Positions 9,776 through 19,233 of a DNA stretch of 64,000 nt are shown here, piece by piece. This DNA is from an uncultured Dehalococcoidales bacterium (GTDB lineage: Bacteria > Chloroflexota > Dehalococcoidia > Dehalococcoidales > UBA3254), in assembly GCA_964386535.1 (NCBI GenBank), contig CAYLRY010000009.1, positions 328 through 64,327 of the forward strand, read 5' to 3'. Below the pieces are notes generated by a model. The model did not search any database and was not told where the DNA came from. It saw only the letters and a list, made by a program, of their open reading frames with translations. How positions within the stretch are numbered: position 1 is the stretch's first letter; every line of letters begins with the position of its first letter. The position numbers and the translations under genes are program-made.

Positions 9776-10909
9776 ATGGAAACAACCCCCCAAACCAAAG
9801 AAATAAGCCTTAAAACAGAACCGTTCTGTCTGAATATCGGTCCTGCCCATCCCAGCACACATGGGGTTTTCAGGATGAAAGCCACCATGGACGGTGAAGT
9901 GGTAATAGGCCTTGAACCGGTCTTCGGCTATCTGCACCGCGGAATAGAGAAACTGGCCGAACAGAGGACTTATACTGGCATTATCCCGCTGACAGACAGG
10001 CTGGATTACCTGGCTTCCATGAGTAATAACCTGGCTCACTGCCTGGCAGTGGAAAAGCTGGCTGATATTAAAGTGCCTGAGCGCGCTTCTTATCTGCGGG
10101 TGATCCTGGCAGAGTTACAGAGGATTGCCAGCCATCTGATCGCCATCGGCGCCTTTTTTAATGACTGCGGCGCTTTTATGACGCCCATACTGTACATGCT
10201 GCGCGAAAGGGAGAAAATCCTGGACCTCTTTGACATGGTTAGCGGCCAGCGTCTTACATATAATTATATCCGGCCGGGAGGCCTCAGCCAGGATGTGCCG
10301 GATGAGTTTCTACCCGCTGTACGTCAATTTGTAGAGAAAATGCCGCGCTTCTTTGACGAATATGAACAAATGCTCTCGCAAAATGAGATATTCCTGGCGC
10401 GTACCAAAGGCGTAGGCATATTAACCAGAGATCTGGCTATTAATGCCTCAGCCAGTGGACCGGTTTTGCGCGCCAGCGGTGTAAAATGGGACATACGGAA
10501 GGCAGATCCATACTGTGTCTACGATCGTTTCGAGTTTGACATACCCACTGGCCAGACCGGTGACTGCTATGACCGTTATATGGTACGCATGCTTGAAATG
10601 CGGCAGAGCCTGCGGATTATCTCTCAGGCCCTCCAGCAAATGCCGGAAGGGGTTAACTTCAGGTCACAGGTACCTCGGCTTATCCGTCCGCCGTCGGGCG
10701 AGGTCTATTCGCATATAGAATCCCCCAGGGGAGAACTGGGATTTTATATTGTTTCCGATAATTCCATTGCTCCTTACCGCTATCATGTAAGGGGACCCAG
10801 CCTTATCAATTTGACCGCTCTGAGGGACATGATTGTAGGCTGGAAAATCGCCGATTGCCTGGCAATCTTCGGCAGCATTGATATCTGTATGGCTGAGGTT
10901 GATAGATAA
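9776..10909 (+). CDS. nuoD: NADH-quinone oxidoreductase subunit D
   Basis: 377 aa. LNIGPAHPSTHGVFR, YLHRGIEK and the C-terminal ...SIDICMAEVDR are typical of NuoD/49-kDa subunit. Confidence 0.95.
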   Translation: METTPQTKEISLKTEPFCLNIGPAHPSTHGVFRMKATMDGEVVIGLEPVFGYLHRGIEKLAEQRTYTGIIPLTDRLDYLASMSNNLAHCLAVEKLADIKVPERASYLRVILAELQRIASHLIAIGAFFNDCGAFMTPILYMLREREKILDLFDMVSGQRLTYNYIRPGGLSQDVPDEFLPAVRQFVEKMPRFFDEYEQMLSQNEIFLARTKGVGILTRDLAINASASGPVLRASGVKWDIRKADPYCVYDRFEFDIPTGQTGDCYDRYMVRMLEMRQSLRIISQALQQMPEGVNFRSQVPRLIRPPSGEVYSHIESPRGELGFYIVSDNSIAPYRYHVRGPSLINLTALRDMIVGWKIADCLAIFGSIDICMAEVDR

Positions 10910-12033
10910 TGGTTAATATACACATTATCTTAAGCGGCTCACAGGTAGCTTACGGTCTAGCTCCGGACTGGCCTCTGGACAATATCTGGCTGCACTGGCT
11001 GGTTTTTACCGTGATCATCATCGGCCTAGTGCTGTCCTTAGTGATGGGCTTTATCTATTTTGAAAGGCGTTTTTTGGGCAGAATGCAGGCCCGTCTGGGA
11101 CCTAACCGCACAGGGCCCTTCGGCCTCATGCAGCCGGTAGCTGACGCGGTCAAAGTACTACTGAAAGAAGATATCATACCGGACACCGCTGATAAACTGG
11201 TTCACTGGGCTGCTCCTGTGGTGGCCTTTTTCCCCGTCTTATTGATTTTTGCCGTGATCCCCTTCCAGGACGGGGCTTCTTTGGCAGACCTGAATATAGG
11301 GATTCTTTATATTCTGGCGGTCTCTTCTATCTCTTCTCTGGGAGTTTTTATGGCCGGCTGGAGCTCTAATAATAAATATTCCATGCTGGGCGCCATGCGC
11401 AATATAGCTTCACTGGTAAGTTATGAGATCCCGTTGATGCTCTCAGTGGTGGGCGTCATCATTATTTCAGGCTCAATGTCCATGAACCAGATAGCAGCCT
11501 CACAGAATATCCCCTTTATCCTGCTTCAGCCCCTGGGCTTCCTGGTGTTTTTTATTGCCGGCTGTGCAGAGATCAATCGCTCCCCCTTTGATCTACTGGA
11601 AGCCGATTCTGAACTGGTAGCCGGGCATCATACAGAATACAGCGGCATGAAATTCGCCATGTTTTATCTGGTAGAGTACGCAGAAGCCCTGGCATTGTCA
11701 GCCGTGATCGCTACGGTATTCCTCTCAGGCTGGAAAGGACCGGGACTACCGGGCTGGCTGTGGTTGATCATCAAGATATTTGCCGTTTTTGCTCTTATGG
11801 TGTGGACCCGGGCTACCTTCCCGCGCGTAAGGATTGATCAACTCATGGCCCTGGCCTGGAAATTCCTGTTTCCTCTTGCTTTAATCAACCTGCTGGTTAC
11901 AGGGCTGGAAGTGCTGATCGCCGGCGTGCCGCTGTCCTGGTTTATGGTTATTATTAATCTGGCGATAACAGCAGTGCTGATACTTTTGTGGTCTAAACTC
12001 TTTAAATTGGGATGGGGCAAAGTTGAAGTTTGA
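10909..12033 (+). CDS. nuoH: NADH-quinone oxidoreductase subunit H
   Basis: 374 aa. TAATG overlap with nuoD. ERRFLGRMQARLGPNR.GPFGL.QP.AD and INRSPFDL.EA.SELV.G motifs. Confidence 0.95.
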   Translation: MVNIHIILSGSQVAYGLAPDWPLDNIWLHWLVFTVIIIGLVLSLVMGFIYFERRFLGRMQARLGPNRTGPFGLMQPVADAVKVLLKEDIIPDTADKLVHWAAPVVAFFPVLLIFAVIPFQDGASLADLNIGILYILAVSSISSLGVFMAGWSSNNKYSMLGAMRNIASLVSYEIPLMLSVVGVIIISGSMSMNQIAASQNIPFILLQPLGFLVFFIAGCAEINRSPFDLLEADSELVAGHHTEYSGMKFAMFYLVEYAEALALSAVIATVFLSGWKGPGLPGWLWLIIKIFAVFALMVWTRATFPRVRIDQLMALAWKFLFPLALINLLVTGLEVLIAGVPLSWFMVIINLAITAVLILLWSKLFKLGWGKVEV

Positions 12034-12511
12034 ACGTTACGGCAACGGGCTGGCTAAAGGAATGGTGGTCACTTTCAAACACCTGTTCCGCCATCCTGTA
12101 ACCACTCAGTATCCTGAGCAGAGGTTTACTCCCTCGCGGCGTGTGCGGGGAAATGAACTGGTATGGGACAATGTTAAATGTACCGGTTGCGCCACCTGCG
12201 CTAAGAGCTGTCCACAGGGAGCTATTCATATCAATACTTTGGTGGATAAGAAAAACAACAAACTGACTGTAGTGAAAATAGAGGTAGATACCGGTTACTG
12301 TATTTTTTGCGGTTTGTGCGTGGAATCCTGTCCTTATAATGCCCTGGAAATGGGCTATTCTTTCGAACGGGCCAGGTACAGACGCAGGGAACTGGTACAG
12401 ACCAACGAAATGCTGTTAAAATCAGAGCATCGCCCAGCCAGTGCTTTTATGCATCCTGAGGAAGAGGCCAATTTACCCAGGCAAACATTGCTGATAGAAA
12501 AGAAGTATTAG
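12023..12511 (+). CDS. nuoI: NADH-quinone oxidoreductase subunit I (2x[4Fe-4S])
   Basis: TTG start overlapping the nuoH end. CTGCATCAKSCP and CIFCGLCVESCP ferredoxin motifs. Confidence 0.9.
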   Translation: MKFERYGNGLAKGMVVTFKHLFRHPVTTQYPEQRFTPSRRVRGNELVWDNVKCTGCATCAKSCPQGAIHINTLVDKKNNKLTVVKIEVDTGYCIFCGLCVESCPYNALEMGYSFERARYRRRELVQTNEMLLKSEHRPASAFMHPEEEANLPRQTLLIEKKY

Positions 12512-12591
12512 GAGTAACAAGTTTCTAGTAGCGTGTTTCAAGTCCGCTAAACCCCACTGGAAACAAATAACTGGAAACAGGAAACTAAAAA

Positions 12592-13080
12592 ATGGGTCTG
12601 ACAATTGCATTCTGGATTCTGGCAATAGTAACCGTACTGGCGGCTATAGGCGTCATTGTACAGAAAAATGTTTTTCGTGCTGCTCTGGCTCTGGTTTTAT
12701 GCCTGGCTTCTGTGGCGGGTATTTTTGTCACTTTAAGTGCGGACTTTCTAGCCGGCGCCCAGATCCTGGTCTATATTGGAGCTATCTCAGTAATAATTAT
12801 CCTGGCTATCATGCTGACACGGGAATTCTCACATGGCAGTACGTCCAACAAATTTAAATTCCCGGCTTTTATTATTGTGGCTCTTTTTTTTGGGGTGGTG
12901 GCCTTCGCCATTCTAAAGACTAACTGGCAGATAGCCACAGTAGACCCTGCGGCGCCTACAACCCCGGCACTGGCAGAAAAATTATTTGGGCAAAGTGGTT
13001 TCATTTTACCCCTGGAGATTGCACCCGTGATCATACTGGCAGTCATCCTGGGAGCTATTGTGCTGGCAAGGGAGAAATAA
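12592..13080 (+). CDS. nuoJ: NADH-quinone oxidoreductase subunit J
   Basis: 162 aa, 5 TM. Position in the operon and YIGAISVIIILAIML are typical of NuoJ/ND6. Confidence 0.85.
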   Translation: MGLTIAFWILAIVTVLAAIGVIVQKNVFRAALALVLCLASVAGIFVTLSADFLAGAQILVYIGAISVIIILAIMLTREFSHGSTSNKFKFPAFIIVALFFGVVAFAILKTNWQIATVDPAAPTTPALAEKLFGQSGFILPLEIAPVIILAVILGAIVLAREK

Positions 13081-13083
13081 AGC

Positions 13084-13395
13084 ATGTCCATAGGCCTGGA
13101 ACATTATTTGATTTTGTCAGGCGTCCTGTTTTCAATAGGGCTTTACGGCGCTTTTACCAGACGTAACGCCATCATTATTCTGATATCTATTGAATTGATG
13201 TTAAATGGGGTTAACATTGCCTTTGTAGCTTTTTCGCGGTTTATTACGCCCCTGGCACTGACCGGGCAAGTTTTCACGGTCTTTATTATGGTGGTGGCTG
13301 CCGCCGAAGTGGCAGTGGGCCTGGCGATTATCATCGCCATCTACCGCAACCGGAACAATATTGATGCCGGTAAAATAGACCTTTTAAAGTGGTAA
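13084..13395 (+). CDS. nuoK: NADH-quinone oxidoreductase subunit K
   Basis: 103 aa, 3 [14 protein letters not shown] and [12 protein letters not shown] motifs. Confidence 0.9.
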   Translation: MSIGLEHYLILSGVLFSIGLYGAFTRRNAIIILISIELMLNGVNIAFVAFSRFITPLALTGQVFTVFIMVVAAAEVAVGLAIIIAIYRNRNNIDAGKIDLLKW

Positions 13396-13487
13396 AACGA
13401 GCTAAAATTTGAGTCTCTAATCTCTGAATTCTAGATTAATTAAAAATTTATATAAGGAAAACGAGGCCAATGAATGGCTATACTGGA

Positions 13488-13517
13488 GTCCTGACTTTTA
13501 CTTTAATCAGTCAGGAC
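13488..13517 (+). other. Stem-loop in the nuoK-nuoL spacer
   Basis: GTCCTGACT (13488-13496) pairs with AGTCAGGAC (13509-13517) across a 12-nt loop. No U-tract follows. Confidence 0.5.
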
Positions 13518-13609
13518 GAAACATCCGGGGAAAGAAAAACCTAAAACAATAAACTGTTAACTGTAATATATTTTACCGGTCAATTGGTATCCCTGAGGTA
13601 TTCGATACG

Positions 13610-13804
13610 ATGTGGGAAGAAGTAAAAAAAGCACCTGATCTGATGCTGGCGGAAATGTGGAAGGAACTTTTCGAAGGAGAAGGAATACCCACACACCTGC
13701 TCCCGGTAACCGGTGAAGCCCCTAACCGCGAACTGGTTGAGTACCGGATACTGGTACCTGGGGATAAAAAACATCTGGTAGATGAGATTCTAAGGAAACT
13801 TTAA
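13610..13804 (+). CDS. Small protein (64 aa), possibly DUF2007-like, translationally coupled to nuoL
   Basis: ATG 13610. Its stop TAA (13802-13804) shares one base with the nuoL ATG (13804-13806), giving TAATG. The pattern LAEMWKELFEGEGIP...YRILVPGDKKHLVDEILRKL resembles the small DUF2007 fold as I remember it. Confidence 0.45.
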   Translation: MWEEVKKAPDLMLAEMWKELFEGEGIPTHLLPVTGEAPNRELVEYRILVPGDKKHLVDEILRKL

Positions 13805-15708
13805 TGCCCAACCAATTAGTCTGGCTGATATTTTTCTTACCAGTTATCTCGTTTGTATTGATTGCTCTTTTTATCCGGCCTTTCGTGAGACCGGAAAACA
13901 GGATAGCTGGATATATCACTATCATTGCTATTGCCGGTTCGCTGGCTCTATCTATATGGGCCATTATCGCAGTAATGGGACAGGCAGAACATATTCTGGC
14001 CGTACCTGATATTAACTGGCTCAGCGTGGGCAATTTTTCTTTCCATGCGGGCATTCTTATGGACTCTCTGACGGCCACTATGCTGATAGTGGTCTGCACT
14101 GTCAGTTTGATGGTACAAATCTATTCACAGGGCTATATGCACGGCGATCCCGGTTATCACCGTTATTATGCCTGGATGTCCCTTTTTACTGCCTCCATGC
14201 TGGGACTAGTGCTGGCTAATAACTTATTAATGATGTTTGTCTTCTGGGAAATGGTGGGCCTGTGCTCCTATCTGCTGATCGGGTTCTGGTTTCACCGTCC
14301 GTCGGCTGCCAATGCGGCTAAAAAAGCCTTTATTGTCACCCGCATCGGCGACTTCGGTTTTCTGGTAGCCCTGCTCATACTCTTTGCCAATACCGGCACT
14401 TTTGACCTGGAAGAGCTACGTGGTCTGGCTGCCGCTGGTACTCTGGGAGGAGCTGCGCTAACCGCGGCTGCCATAGGTATCTTCGCCGGGGCTGCCGGTA
14501 AATCAGCGCAATTCCCGCTGCATGTCTGGTTGCCGGATGCCATGGAAGGTCCTACGCCAGTTAGTGCATTAATCCATGCTGCCACTATGGTAGCAGCAGG
14601 CGTGTTCCTGGTGGCCCGCACGCTGCCCCTGTTTGAGCATTCCACCGCGGCTTTAAACACCGTAGCCGTCATCGGAGGATTCACCGCCATTTTCGCCGCC
14701 TCCATGGGACTGGTTATGGTGGATATCAAAAGGGTAGTAGCTTATTCCACTATTAGCCAGCTCGGCTATATGATGCTGGGACTGGCCTCAGGCGGAGTGG
14801 CCATAGGTATCTTTCATTTGTTCAATCATGCTTTTTTTAAGGCCTTACTGTTCCTGGGCGCCGGCAGTGTTAACCATGCCACCGGCACCTTTGATATGCG
14901 GGAAATGGGGGGGCTCCGCAAGGTCATGCCCTGGACTTTTGCCCTTTTTGTCACAGGTTCTTTAAGCCTGGCTGGTATCTGGCCGCTGGCGGGTTTTTGG
15001 AGCAAGGATGAAGTCCTGGCTTCAGCCTGGAACTTTAACAAGATACTGTTCATTCTGGCCATTATAACTGTGTTTATGACCGCCTTCTATATCTTCAGAG
15101 TGGTCTTTCTGACCTTTGGCGGCGATTACCGGGGCAAGGTTAAAGCTGAACACGGCGCGCACACAGGTCCACATGAGTCAGGCAAAGTAATGATCATTCC
15201 CATGCTGGTACTGGGCGTTCTGGCAGTACTGTCAGGCTTCTGGAATGTCACCGGACATTTCGCAGCTTTTATGGGAGAACATGAAGAAACTCACGGCTTT
15301 ATTTACGGCCTGTTTAACGTATTTACGCACCCGCTGCCGTGGATCGCACTAATCGTAGCCGGTTTGGGCATCTTCCTGGCGTATTCCATGTACAGCGCTA
15401 AATGGATATCTCCTCAGAAAGTGGGTAGTGCTTTCAAGCCGCTTTATACCGTTTTATTTAATAAATACTGGATGGACCATCTTTATGAAAACATAATCAC
15501 CCGGATGGCACTGCTGGGCGGGCTCTTCAGCGTATTCCAGAAAATGGACAGTGACCTGATAGATGGAGCGGCTAACGGCATTGCTCAGGGTACCATTAGC
15601 GCCGGGAAAGCCATACGTAAAACTCAAAGTGGCCAGTTACAGCTTTATGCATTATCTATTGGAATAGGTGTTGTAGCCATAGCAGTTTGTATTTACATTT
15701 TTGGATGA
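13804..15708 (+). CDS. nuoL: NADH-quinone oxidoreductase subunit L
   Basis: 634 aa antiporter-like subunit. FWEMVGLCSYLLIGFW and SAQFPLHVWLPDAMEGPTPVSALIHAATMV motifs. Confidence 0.95.
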   Translation: MPNQLVWLIFFLPVISFVLIALFIRPFVRPENRIAGYITIIAIAGSLALSIWAIIAVMGQAEHILAVPDINWLSVGNFSFHAGILMDSLTATMLIVVCTVSLMVQIYSQGYMHGDPGYHRYYAWMSLFTASMLGLVLANNLLMMFVFWEMVGLCSYLLIGFWFHRPSAANAAKKAFIVTRIGDFGFLVALLILFANTGTFDLEELRGLAAAGTLGGAALTAAAIGIFAGAAGKSAQFPLHVWLPDAMEGPTPVSALIHAATMVAAGVFLVARTLPLFEHSTAALNTVAVIGGFTAIFAASMGLVMVDIKRVVAYSTISQLGYMMLGLASGGVAIGIFHLFNHAFFKALLFLGAGSVNHATGTFDMREMGGLRKVMPWTFALFVTGSLSLAGIWPLAGFWSKDEVLASAWNFNKILFILAIITVFMTAFYIFRVVFLTFGGDYRGKVKAEHGAHTGPHESGKVMIIPMLVLGVLAVLSGFWNVTGHFAAFMGEHEETHGFIYGLFNVFTHPLPWIALIVAGLGIFLAYSMYSAKWISPQKVGSAFKPLYTVLFNKYWMDHLYENIITRMALLGGLFSVFQKMDSDLIDGAANGIAQGTISAGKAIRKTQSGQLQLYALSIGIGVVAIAVCIYIFG

Positions 15709-15752
15709 TATGATCTTTAGTTTGTGATTTTAAGTTAAAGGGAGCATATAGT

Positions 15753-17237
15753 TTGGGTTATCTGAGTGCCATAGTCTTCTTACCGGTAATCGGAGCGATA
15801 TTAATTGCAGTCATTCCAGGGCTGTCCGAGCGTGGAATCCGCCGCATAGCAGCTTTATTTACCCTGATTCCCCTGGCCCTTTCAGCTTATCTTTTTATCG
15901 TCTTTGACCGTTCTTTGACCGTGGCCGGAAGTATGCAATTCCTGGAGAAAGCTACCTGGATTCCTGCTATTAACTCTTCATACCATCTGGGAGTTGATGG
16001 CATCAGTCTTCCTCTGGTGCTTTTGATGACCATTTTGGGCTTCCTGGTGGTATTAATATCCTGGAAAGTACATCTGAGAGTGCGGGAGTATTTTGCCTGG
16101 GTGCTGCTGCTGGAAACCAGTATTCTGGGAGTCTTTACTTCCCTTGATTTGCTGCTTTTCTTCCTGTTCTGGGAAATTGAAATTGTACCCATGTATTTTT
16201 TGATTTCCATCTGGGGTACCGGTAGAAAAGAATACTCAGCCATAAAATATGTGATTTATACCCTTTTCGGCAGTGCTTTCATGCTGGCCGGCATTCTCTG
16301 CCTTTATTTCACCGCCGGCACACTGGATATGCTGGATATCACACGGAAAATCGGCACCTATGCCTCAGTCATACCGTCGACAGCCATGTTCTTCCTGCTT
16401 ATCATCGGCTTTGCCGTAAAGCTGCCGGTTTTCCCTCTGCACACCTGGCTTCCGGACGCACATACAGATGCCCCTACTGGCGTCAGCGTCATTCTTGCAG
16501 GAGCCCTATTGAAGATGGGCGGCTATGGTATGATCCGCCTCTGCATTAGTATTTTCCCTGAGGTAGCTAAAACCTACGCACTTTTATTTATTATTCTGGC
16601 TGTTATCGGTATAGTCTATGGCGCCGCAGTCACTTTGAAACAGACGGATATAAAGAGGTTGATCGCCTATAGCAGTGTTAGTCACATGGGATATGTACTG
16701 CTGGGTATTTTCGCCCTGGGTCAGGTCAGCCTGGTTGGAGCTTCTTTACAGATGTTCAGCCATGGAATAGTAACAGGGCTTCTTTTTGCTATGGCCGGTC
16801 TGGTTATGCACAATGCCGGGGAACGCGACTTGCGCAAGCTGGGCGGTCTGGCCAAACAGACACCTCTCATTGCGGTGATCTTTTCTATCGCCGGTCTGGC
16901 TTCTCTGGGTCTACCATTGACCAGCGGATTCGCGGCTGAATTTCTGGTATTCGTCGGCAGTTTTTCCTCTACTATAGTAGCTGGCATCCATATTTATACG
17001 ATATTAGCGATTTCAGGTGTAGTCCTGGCAGCCGGTTATCTGCTGTGGATGCTTCAACGTGTCTTCTACGGTCCTGTACTGGAAAATTTCAACGGCATTA
17101 AAGATGCAGATAAATTGGAAAAGGTTTATATGTTTGTATTTACCGGTCTGATACTGGCAGTAGGCATATACCCTGCCTTTATGACGGATGTAATCCAAAG
17201 CGGCATAACGCCGGTGGCTAGACTGTTAGGTGGATAA
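15753..17237 (+). CDS. nuoM: NADH-quinone oxidoreductase subunit M
   Basis: 494 aa, TTG start after GGGAG. FPLHTWLPDAHTDAPTGVSVILAG and IAYSSVSHMG motifs. Confidence 0.95.
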   Translation: MGYLSAIVFLPVIGAILIAVIPGLSERGIRRIAALFTLIPLALSAYLFIVFDRSLTVAGSMQFLEKATWIPAINSSYHLGVDGISLPLVLLMTILGFLVVLISWKVHLRVREYFAWVLLLETSILGVFTSLDLLLFFLFWEIEIVPMYFLISIWGTGRKEYSAIKYVIYTLFGSAFMLAGILCLYFTAGTLDMLDITRKIGTYASVIPSTAMFFLLIIGFAVKLPVFPLHTWLPDAHTDAPTGVSVILAGALLKMGGYGMIRLCISIFPEVAKTYALLFIILAVIGIVYGAAVTLKQTDIKRLIAYSSVSHMGYVLLGIFALGQVSLVGASLQMFSHGIVTGLLFAMAGLVMHNAGERDLRKLGGLAKQTPLIAVIFSIAGLASLGLPLTSGFAAEFLVFVGSFSSTIVAGIHIYTILAISGVVLAAGYLLWMLQRVFYGPVLENFNGIKDADKLEKVYMFVFTGLILAVGIYPAFMTDVIQSGITPVARLLGG

Positions 17238-17288
17238 AGGAGAGTTGCCAGTAACTAGTTTGATTTTTGTATTTGCAAGGAGTTTGTC

Positions 17289-18755
17289 TTGAATCTGGAT
17301 CTGGGGCTTTTTAAACCAGAAATAACTCTGGTAGGCTTTGCAGTGCTGGTAATTATTCTGGATCTTTTCATCCAGCGTAAAGGCTGGCTGGTAGCAGTCA
17401 GCATTACCGGTATCCTGGTCTCTAGCGCCTTTGCCATTGTATTGTGGGGAGGCGAAGCGCGGTCTACCTTTAACCACATGCTGGCAGTGGACAGCTTTGC
17501 AATTTTCTTTAAGGTTCTATTCCTGGGAATTGCCGTTATGGTTATTCTGGCTTCCGTAGATTATGTCAATAAGTTCCCCCGCTTTCAGGGAGAGTATTAT
17601 GCCCTGATCTTACTCTCCACTTTGGGCATGATGCTAATGGCTTCCACCAGGGAGTTAATCTCCCTTTTTCTTTCCCTTGAACTGGTCAACCTTTCCCTTT
17701 ATGCTCTGGTAGGTTTTTTGAAAAATGATAAATCTACCGAGGCCTCTTTAAAGTATCTATTATTAAGCGGGGTAGCCTCTGCTGTTATGCTTTTTGGTAT
17801 GGCCATGGTTTTCGGAGTAACCGGTCAAACTCATTTGTCTGAAATCGCTCGTGCTGTTCAAGCGCTCTCTCTGTCTGATATCTTAAACAATCCGGCCCTC
17901 ATTTTAGGCGTAGTCCTGTTAATAGCCGGATTCGGTTTTAAGATTGCTGCTTTCCCCTTCCATATGTGGGTGCCGGATATATATGAAGGCGCTCCAACCC
18001 CCATCACTGCTTACCTTTCGGTTGGCAGCAAATCAGCCGGCTTCGCCATTATCCTGCGGGTCTTTTTCTCCGCCTTTTCTCAGCCATCCAATTTGAGTTT
18101 CGACTGGGGCATGGTCTTTGCCATCCTGGCGGTAATTACCATGACAGTGGGTAATGTGATAGCTATACAGCAAAACAACATTAAAAGAATGCTGGGGTAT
18201 TCCAGTATTGCCCAGGCGGGATATATTATGGTGGGCCTGGCTACAGTAGGTCTTTCACCTCTGACTTTTACCACCGGACAGAGCGGTATATTATTCTTCC
18301 TGGTCTGTTATTCTTTAACCAATCTGGGAGCTTTTATTGCCATTGTAGCCATCTCCAACGCGGTCAATAGCGATCAGATAGACGATTACAACGGCGCAGC
18401 CAAACGTTCTCCGCTGATGGCACTGGCTCTGACTCTCTGTTTGGTCTCTCTTATCGGGATGCCTCCGGCAGCCGGATTTATTGCTAAATTTTACCTGTTT
18501 GGCGCTGCTGTACAGCAGGACCTGCTCTGGCTAGTGGTAATAGCCATACTTAACAGTGTTATCTCTGCCTACTACTACCTGAGAGTGGTTAAGGTTATGT
18601 GGACAGGTCAGCCTGCTTCAATTGCGAAGATAAAAAGCTCTCTTGCCTTGAACATAGCACTGGGTCTCTCTTGTCTGGGAGTGCTGGTGCTTTTCTTCTA
18701 CCCTGGCAGCGTTATGGACCTGGCTCAAAATGCCGTTATGCTGCTGGGATTTTAA
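17289..18755 (+). CDS. nuoN: NADH-quinone oxidoreductase subunit N
   Basis: 488 aa, TTG start after AAGGAG. FPFHMWVPDIYEGAPTPITAYL and MLGYSSIAQAGY motifs. Confidence 0.95.
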   Translation: MNLDLGLFKPEITLVGFAVLVIILDLFIQRKGWLVAVSITGILVSSAFAIVLWGGEARSTFNHMLAVDSFAIFFKVLFLGIAVMVILASVDYVNKFPRFQGEYYALILLSTLGMMLMASTRELISLFLSLELVNLSLYALVGFLKNDKSTEASLKYLLLSGVASAVMLFGMAMVFGVTGQTHLSEIARAVQALSLSDILNNPALILGVVLLIAGFGFKIAAFPFHMWVPDIYEGAPTPITAYLSVGSKSAGFAIILRVFFSAFSQPSNLSFDWGMVFAILAVITMTVGNVIAIQQNNIKRMLGYSSIAQAGYIMVGLATVGLSPLTFTTGQSGILFFLVCYSLTNLGAFIAIVAISNAVNSDQIDDYNGAAKRSPLMALALTLCLVSLIGMPPAAGFIAKFYLFGAAVQQDLLWLVVIAILNSVISAYYYLRVVKVMWTGQPASIAKIKSSLALNIALGLSCLGVLVLFFYPGSVMDLAQNAVMLLGF

Positions 18756-18769
18756 TAAAGGATTAAGTT

Positions 18770-19135
18770 ATGAAGATTAAGACGCTACTTTCAGGGTTAT
18801 TCCTGTGCTTATCCCTTTCATTGGTCTTGACAGGCTGTATCACAGCCTCTGACCAAACAGAGTCCTCAGATACTTTCAATTGGACTGCTGTGGTAATGGT
18901 AATCATTTTATTACTTCTGTTATATTTTCTCATAATCAGACCTCAAAATAGCCGCCGCAAAGAACAGCAAAAGTTATTATCAGAACTTAAGCCTGGAGAC
19001 CAGGTCATAGCGGCTGGTGGAATATATGGTGAAGTAGATAGTATAAGCGAAGAATCTGTGGTTATTAAAGTTGAATCAGGTGCTAAAATAAGGGTTATGA
19101 AACAGGGTTTGATGATTAAGCGATCCCAGCCATAA
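18770..19135 (+). CDS. yajC: Preprotein translocase subunit YajC (with extra N-terminal signal/lipobox-like segment)
   Basis: Core IRPQNSRRKEQQKLLSELKPGDQVIAAGGIYGEV is typical of YajC. N-terminus carries LVLTGC. Starts 14 nt after the nuoN stop. Confidence 0.8.
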   Translation: MKIKTLLSGLFLCLSLSLVLTGCITASDQTESSDTFNWTAVVMVIILLLLLYFLIIRPQNSRRKEQQKLLSELKPGDQVIAAGGIYGEVDSISEESVVIKVESGAKIRVMKQGLMIKRSQP

Positions 19136-19233
19136 ATATATAATATTATATCTACATAATTAATATTATTTTGATCTTGTATTTATTTCTGTCCTTATTT
19201 CAGTTACAGAAATTCTGCAAAGCGTTTCTCTCT

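Noticed and set aside
12559-12585. Three GGAAAC hexamers (12559-12564, 12573-12578, 12580-12585) just upstream of nuoJ.
   Set aside because: They are short purine-rich repeats in an SD-like position. This is plausibly chance or ribosome-binding sequence, and too little to call a regulatory element.
13470-13544. 24-codon mini-ORF (MNGYTGVLTFTLISQDETSGERKT) in the nuoK-nuoL spacer.
   Set aside because: The SD is weak and the ORF coincides with the stem-loop at 13488-13517. There is no support beyond the presence of an ATG. It is recorded only as part of the spacer finding.
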